From: Octopus sinensis
Taxonomy: Eukaryota
Direction of reading: 5' to 3'
NCBI RefSeq assembly: GCF_006345805.1
Contig: NW_021826990.1
Location: forward strand, 1 to 11,454
DNA: 11,454 bases
Shown: one piece after another, positions 7,931 through 11,454 of the stretch
How positions within the stretch are numbered: position 1 is the first letter of the stretch
Layout: every line of letters begins with the position of its first letter
Notes under the pieces: generated by a model
The model's input: the letters and a program-made list of their open reading frames with translations, nothing else
Told to the model about the DNA's origin: nothing
Database searches by the model: none
Made by a program: the position numbers and the translations under genes

Positions 7931-9161
7931 CTGACATCTCATTTTATCAGATATATTTACCAAAATTACATGAAAATACCTTGAAATACTAAACAGTAAA
8001 TTTATTCAATAAAATCCCCATTGGCTTCAACCATGGCCTCCAGATGACTTTGGAATCTCCTGCAACTCTTCTGGATGGTCTCCTTGTTTAAGTTGGTGAA
8101 TGCTGCCATAATCCTTGCCTTCAGTTCATCTTTGGTGTTGCAAAGAGTTTTGTTGGTCTCTCGCTCAACAGTATCCCACACATAATAATCAAGGGGGTTG
8201 CAGTCTGGAGAGTTAGATGGCCAGATGTTAGGGGTGATGTGGTCACAGAAATTGTCTGATAGCCATGATTGGGTTCTCCTGCTTGTGTGGCATGGTGCAG
8301 AGCCCTGTTGCCAGCCATAAGGTCTTCCAGCAGCCACTCCCTTGACCCAGGGCAGCATTACCTACTCCAGGCACTTGATGTAGGCCTCCGTGTTGACTGT
8401 GAGCCGTGCAGGAAGATGAATGGAGGCATAACATTGCCATCACTAGTGATCACTCCAAGCACCATGATGTTGACTGGATGTTTAATTTTTATCACTTTCA
8501 GATCATATTTTGGGGACACAGTAAGCCAATGGTTGTTCTGTATGTTCACTATCTGATCTTGACAGAAATTTTTTCTCGTCTAAGAAAAACCAAAGCATGT
8601 TCAATTGGAAGGGATGCTTGAGTTTGTTCAAAAGCTTCATAGCACAATCTTTCTTCTTGCCCTTGATGGCTTGGGATAAAAATTGGCCCTTTCTCACCTT
8701 GTATGAAGACGACCAAATATCTTCATGCACTACCTATCTAAAACTCAGACATGCCCATTCTTCTGGAGATGAACCTGATTGACTTGGAAGGATTGTTGTC
8801 AATTATGGCCAGGATCTCATCAAAAAATTCAGGAGTCCTTTTTCTAATCAGAACGATCAGAGTTTTCCAAGCTGCCATACCTTCGTAATCACCATTAGAC
8901 TCATCCAACTCTTTCCAAATTTCTTGCACTGTCCACAAATTGACAGCCAAACACTCTGAAATGTTCGTACTGGAGCTTCCGGCATGAATGCCAAGCAGTA
9001 CAGCATGTCGTTTCCAAATTTCTGGATAAGTGAATTATATCATGGTCCTACTTTTCTCACAGATGGTGCCAAACTGACACTACAATAATGTGTAGTCGAC
9101 AAAATCAAAACCACAATGCACGAAATTATGAATATAAAATGGCAACAATTTAGCCATTACA

Positions 9162-9165
<4 letters not shown>
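7931..9165 (-). mobile_element. Tc1/mariner superfamily DD37D (maT-type) DNA transposon, decayed, 3' end apparently clipped
   Basis: Transposase pseudogene inside; no matching TIR pair found; boundaries approximate. Confidence 0.8.
8002..9043 (-). pseudogene. DD37D transposase pseudogene
   Basis: ATG at 9043. Pieces read WKRHAVLLGIHAG, IIDNNPSKSIR, WFFLDEK (1st D), KHPVNIMVLGVITSDG, WQQGSAPCH (2nd D mutated to G), NSPDCNPLDYYVW (3rd D), GDFIE*. Exactly 37 residues separate the 2nd and 3rd catalytic positions. Several frameshifts and a stop. Confidence 0.9.

Positions 9166-9212
<47 letters not shown>
9161..9212. repeat. (TG)n(TA)n microsatellite
   Basis: Direct reading. Confidence 0.95.
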
Positions 9213-9214
<2 letters not shown>

Positions 9215-9218
9215 AATA

Positions 9219-9517
9219 CATGGTGGTATCAAAGTGTTCGTGGACTAGTTCTATAGCATGCTCACAGATGACAGAATATAGTCGTGTGTGCAGTGAAAGC
9301 TTGCAGTGACGTTCATGAGGCAGTGTGCCAAGTGCCATCGCTGTGTTTACTCTGCAAGTTGTGATTTTTGTGATTTTGCAATCATATCTTGGCGTTAGGA
9401 AGGGCATCCAGCTGTAGAAACACTGCCAGATCTGACAGGCCTGGTGCAGCCTTTTGGGCTTCCCAGACCCCGGTCAAACCGTCCAACACATGCTAGCATG
9501 GAAAGCGGACGTTAAAC

Positions 9518-9548
<31 letters not shown>

Positions 9549-9665
9549 TATGCTGTAATCTTGTGATTTTGTTATGGACAGGAACAAAGAGCCAATGCGA
9601 AAGTTTGCGATAAACTTGCTACAGAGACGTTAAGCACGATTCAACAAGCTTATGCCAATGAGACA
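9219..9665 (+). mobile_element. Mariner-type transposon 5' fragment, split by a SINE-like insertion
   Basis: TA|CATGGTGGTATCAAAG TIR-like start. ATG at 9574 gives MDRNKE, then by frameshift RANAKVCDKL/ATETLSTIQQAYANE, matching the mariner N-terminal EQRxxxKFCVKLGKSATETxxMLxxAYG pattern with small deletions. Confidence 0.7.
9389..9547 (+). mobile_element. 5'-truncated SINE-like retroposon with (GAT)10 tail
   Basis: GGCGTTAGGAAGGGCATCCAGC...CCGTCCAACACATGCTAGCATGGAAAGCGGACGTTAAAC(GAT)10 interrupts the mariner leader; resembles octopus SINE 3' halves from recall. Confidence 0.8.
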
Positions 9666-9666
9666 A

Positions 9667-9838
9667 ACGCTCCTAAGTTTTTTATTCTCTCTCTGTTTAT
9701 TTCCTCGTGTTCCTTTCCGTTGAAGAGCGTAGGCTCAAAACGTAAAAGACTTTCTCACCTTTCAAAGTATTAAACTAATACACCTGTTTGTTGTTTATAT
9801 TCCTATCTTCATCTTTTATTTTTTTGTAAATTTCAACT
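9667..9838 (+). mobile_element. Short non-coding repeat with a decayed hammerhead-like layout (possible Penelope-like terminal remnant)
   Basis: Abruptly truncates the mariner fragment, contains the motif at 9713-9748 and ends at a (TA)n tract. Confidence 0.4.
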
Positions 9839-9898
9839 ATATATACATATACATACATACATATATATATATATATATTATATATATATATATATATA
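9838..9898. repeat. (TA)n/(CATA)n microsatellite
   Basis: Direct reading. Confidence 0.93.
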
Positions 9899-9928
9899 CC
9901 AGAGTAAGCACATCAATGATTCTTAAAC

Positions 9929-9972
9929 AAACTGTCTGATGAATGGGAATGTGAAACTCTGAGTAACAGTTT
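9929..9972 (+). ncRNA. Minimal type I hammerhead ribozyme motif with intact catalytic core
   Basis: AAACTGT (stem I, 9929-35), CTGATGA (9936-42), ATG-GGAA-TGT (stem II with GNRA loop), GAAA (9953-56), CTCTGA, GTA (cleavage triplet 9963-65), ACAGTTT (stem I', 9966-72, perfect 7-bp complement). The helix III region ACTC-T-GAGT is an interrupted palindrome. Confidence 0.8.
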
Positions 9973-10005
9973 TTGTGATATTTTGCTGCTTTTTAATAAA
10001 GTATT

Positions 10006-10037
10006 TATATGTATGAGTGTGTGTGTGTGTGTGTGTG
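10006..10037. repeat. (GT)n microsatellite
   Basis: Direct reading. Confidence 0.93.
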
Positions 10038-10038
10038 A

Positions 10039-10361
10039 AGGTGCGTGGTTTAGTGGTTAGGGGCATTTGGCTCATGATTGTAAGGTCATGAGTTCAATTC
10101 CCAGTGACGCATTGTGTCCTTGAGCAAGACACTTTATTTCACATTGTTCCAATCCACTCAGCTGGCAAAAATTAGTAGTACCTGTATTTCAAAGGACCAA
10201 CCTTGTCACACTCTGTGTCACGCTGAATCTCCATGAGAGCTATGTTAGGGGTACGCGTGTCTGTGGATTGGTCAGTCAATTGCACATTAATTTCAAGAGC
10301 AGGCTGTTCCGTTGATCGTATCACCTGGGACCCTCATCGTCGTAACTGATGAAGTGCTACA
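10039..10361 (+). mobile_element. Near full-length tRNA-derived SINE
   Basis: A box TGGTTTAGTGG (10046-10056), B box GAGTTCAATTCC (10090-10101), and central TGTGTCCTTGAGCAAGACACTT motif typical of conserved-domain SINEs. Ends at a TA tract. Confidence 0.85.
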
Positions 10362-10480
10362 ATATATATATATACACACACCAATATATATTCAGAGAGA
10401 GAGAGATTTAGGAGTGCAATTATGTGGATAAGCAAATTAGATATATTAAATATAACAGTTTGGGCATGAAATATAAAATG

Positions 10481-10685
10481 TGCATAATACTATAGTACAT
10501 TTTATGAACTATTGCAGGTATAGACGACTAGCTCATCAGATCAACAGAATATCATAGTTTCATCAACTTTTCAACTTCCGTGGTTACTTCAATTGAAAAA
10601 ATGATTTAACTATGATATTCTGTTGATCTGAGGAGCTAGCCTTCTATACCTGCACTAGTTAGAAAATGTACAATAGTACTATGCA
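10481..10685. repeat. Inverted repeat: arms 10481-10559 and 10608-10685
   Basis: 7 mismatches + 1 gap over ~79 bp (~90%). Weaker complementarity continues inward and outward (10439-10486 vs 10721-10770). Confidence 0.9.
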
Positions 10686-10936
10686 TGTTTATAATATATT
10701 GAATCTCTTTGCAACTTTGATATGCAAAAATGTGTATAACTCTCAATGCCAAAAAACTGTTATTGTATCTTTTCGTAAACTGTCCACTTTTTGTTCTCTT
10801 TACTGGCCACTTACAGCTTGACGCTTACAAACTTCCGACACTTGGATCCCTATATCATATTTATACAGTGGTATATATATATATATATATATAATACACA
10901 CATATACGTTATTAATAAAGCTGCAGTGACATCAGA

Positions 10937-10982
10937 AAAACTGTTACTCAGAGTTTCATGTTCCTAATTGTCAGACAGTTTT
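10937..10982 (-). ncRNA. Degenerate copy of the same hammerhead motif (core CTGACAA, probably inactive)
   Basis: Minus strand AAAACTGT-CTGACAA-TTAGGAACAT-GAAAC-TCTGA-GTA-ACAGTTTT; 8-bp stem I intact, G8 mutated to A, stem II disrupted. Confidence 0.65.
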
Positions 10983-10983
10983 G

Positions 10984-11129
10984 GTTGTCCTACGAATGGG
11001 AACGTGAAACTCTGAGTAATAGTTTTTGTGATGCCTTTGCAGGTTTATTAATGAAGCATAGTACTCTACTTCTGGTATTTGAGTACCACTTTTTCCACCT
11101 TGCTTCATATTTATGTGCTTACTCTGGTA
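10984..11129 (+). mobile_element. Third copy of the hammerhead-bearing short element, with its 3' end
   Basis: CCTACGA-ATGGGAACGT-GAAAC-TCTGA-GTA-ATAGTTT (core has 2 substitutions). Downstream GTTTTTGTGATGCCTTTGCAGGTTTATTAATGAAGCAT aligns with 9969-10003. Ends ATGTGCTTACTCTGGTA at a microsatellite. Confidence 0.7.
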
Positions 11130-11185
11130 TGTATGTATATATATTTACACATACATATATGTCTGTATATCTGTGTGTGTGTGTG

Positions 11186-11385
11186 TGTCTTTATGCCCCC
11201 CTCCCACTGCTGCCTGACACTCGATGTTGGTTTGTGTACATCCCTGTAGTGGTTCGGCAAAAAGTGACTAATAGAATATGCTTGTAAAAAAAGTATTGGG
11301 GTCAATTTGTTCAATTAAGCCCCTGAAGATGGAGCTCCAGCATAATGGCAGTTTAGTAACTGAAAAAAAACAAATGATAAACAAT
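11186..11385 (+). mobile_element. SINE 3' half with LINE-like tail
   Basis: ..GATGTTGGTTTGTGTACATCCCTGTAGTGGTTCGGCAAAA..TGGGGTCAATTTGTTCAATTAA..GGAGCTCCAGCAT..GCAG..ACTGAAA, with a tail similar to 6508-6566. Resembles the microsatellite-containing octopus SINE from recall. Confidence 0.7.
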
Positions 11386-11411
11386 ATGTGTGTATGCATG
11401 TGTGTGGTGTG

Positions 11412-11442
<31 letters not shown>

Positions 11443-11454
11443 TGTGTGTGTGTG
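11386..11454. repeat. (TG)n microsatellite
   Basis: Direct reading. Confidence 0.96.

Noticed and set aside
7921-7960. 3' TIR of the DD37D element
   Set aside because: No reverse-complement match to the 9139-9165 end was found, so no TIR pair or TSD is claimed.
8121-8782. Extra ORFs overlapping the transposase (8121-8318, 8243-8443, 8269-8556, 8406-8621, 8597-8782)
   Set aside because: Alternate-frame or antisense shadows; only the frameshifted transposase path carries motifs.
10533-10640. CTGATGAG (minus, 10533-10539) and CTGAGGAG (plus, 10628-10634) as hammerhead cores
   Set aside because: No GAAA box or NUH at a suitable distance in either arm.

Overview
AT-rich, repeat-saturated metazoan DNA with no recognisable host gene. 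The repeat families resemble Octopus/coleoid cephalopod repeats (from recall, not a search). It holds three decayed non-LTR retrotransposons: L1/Tx1-type (-, 1-1487, RT core deleted), RTE-type (-, 3129-3752) and CR1/Jockey-group (+, ~4300-6566). It also holds a DD37D (maT-type) transposase pseudogene (-, 8002-9043), a mariner 5' fragment, a probable non-autonomous Helitron (-, 6868-7321), several tRNA-type SINE pieces and many microsatellites. The most interesting signal is non-coding. A minimal type I hammerhead ribozyme motif with an intact catalytic core lies at 9929-9972 (+), two more copies of the same family form a back-to-back inverted pair at 10911-11129, and two other decayed hammerhead-like layouts are present. 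These sit among several fold-back structures: a 167-bp-arm palindrome, an interlocked A-B-A'-B' inversion, a ~200-bp hairpin and a 36-bp inversion at the RTE 5' end. Together they suggest short Penelope-like/retrozyme-type elements that insert at microsatellites with inverted 5' ends. Activity and novelty are untested; hammerheads in Penelope-like elements are known in general.
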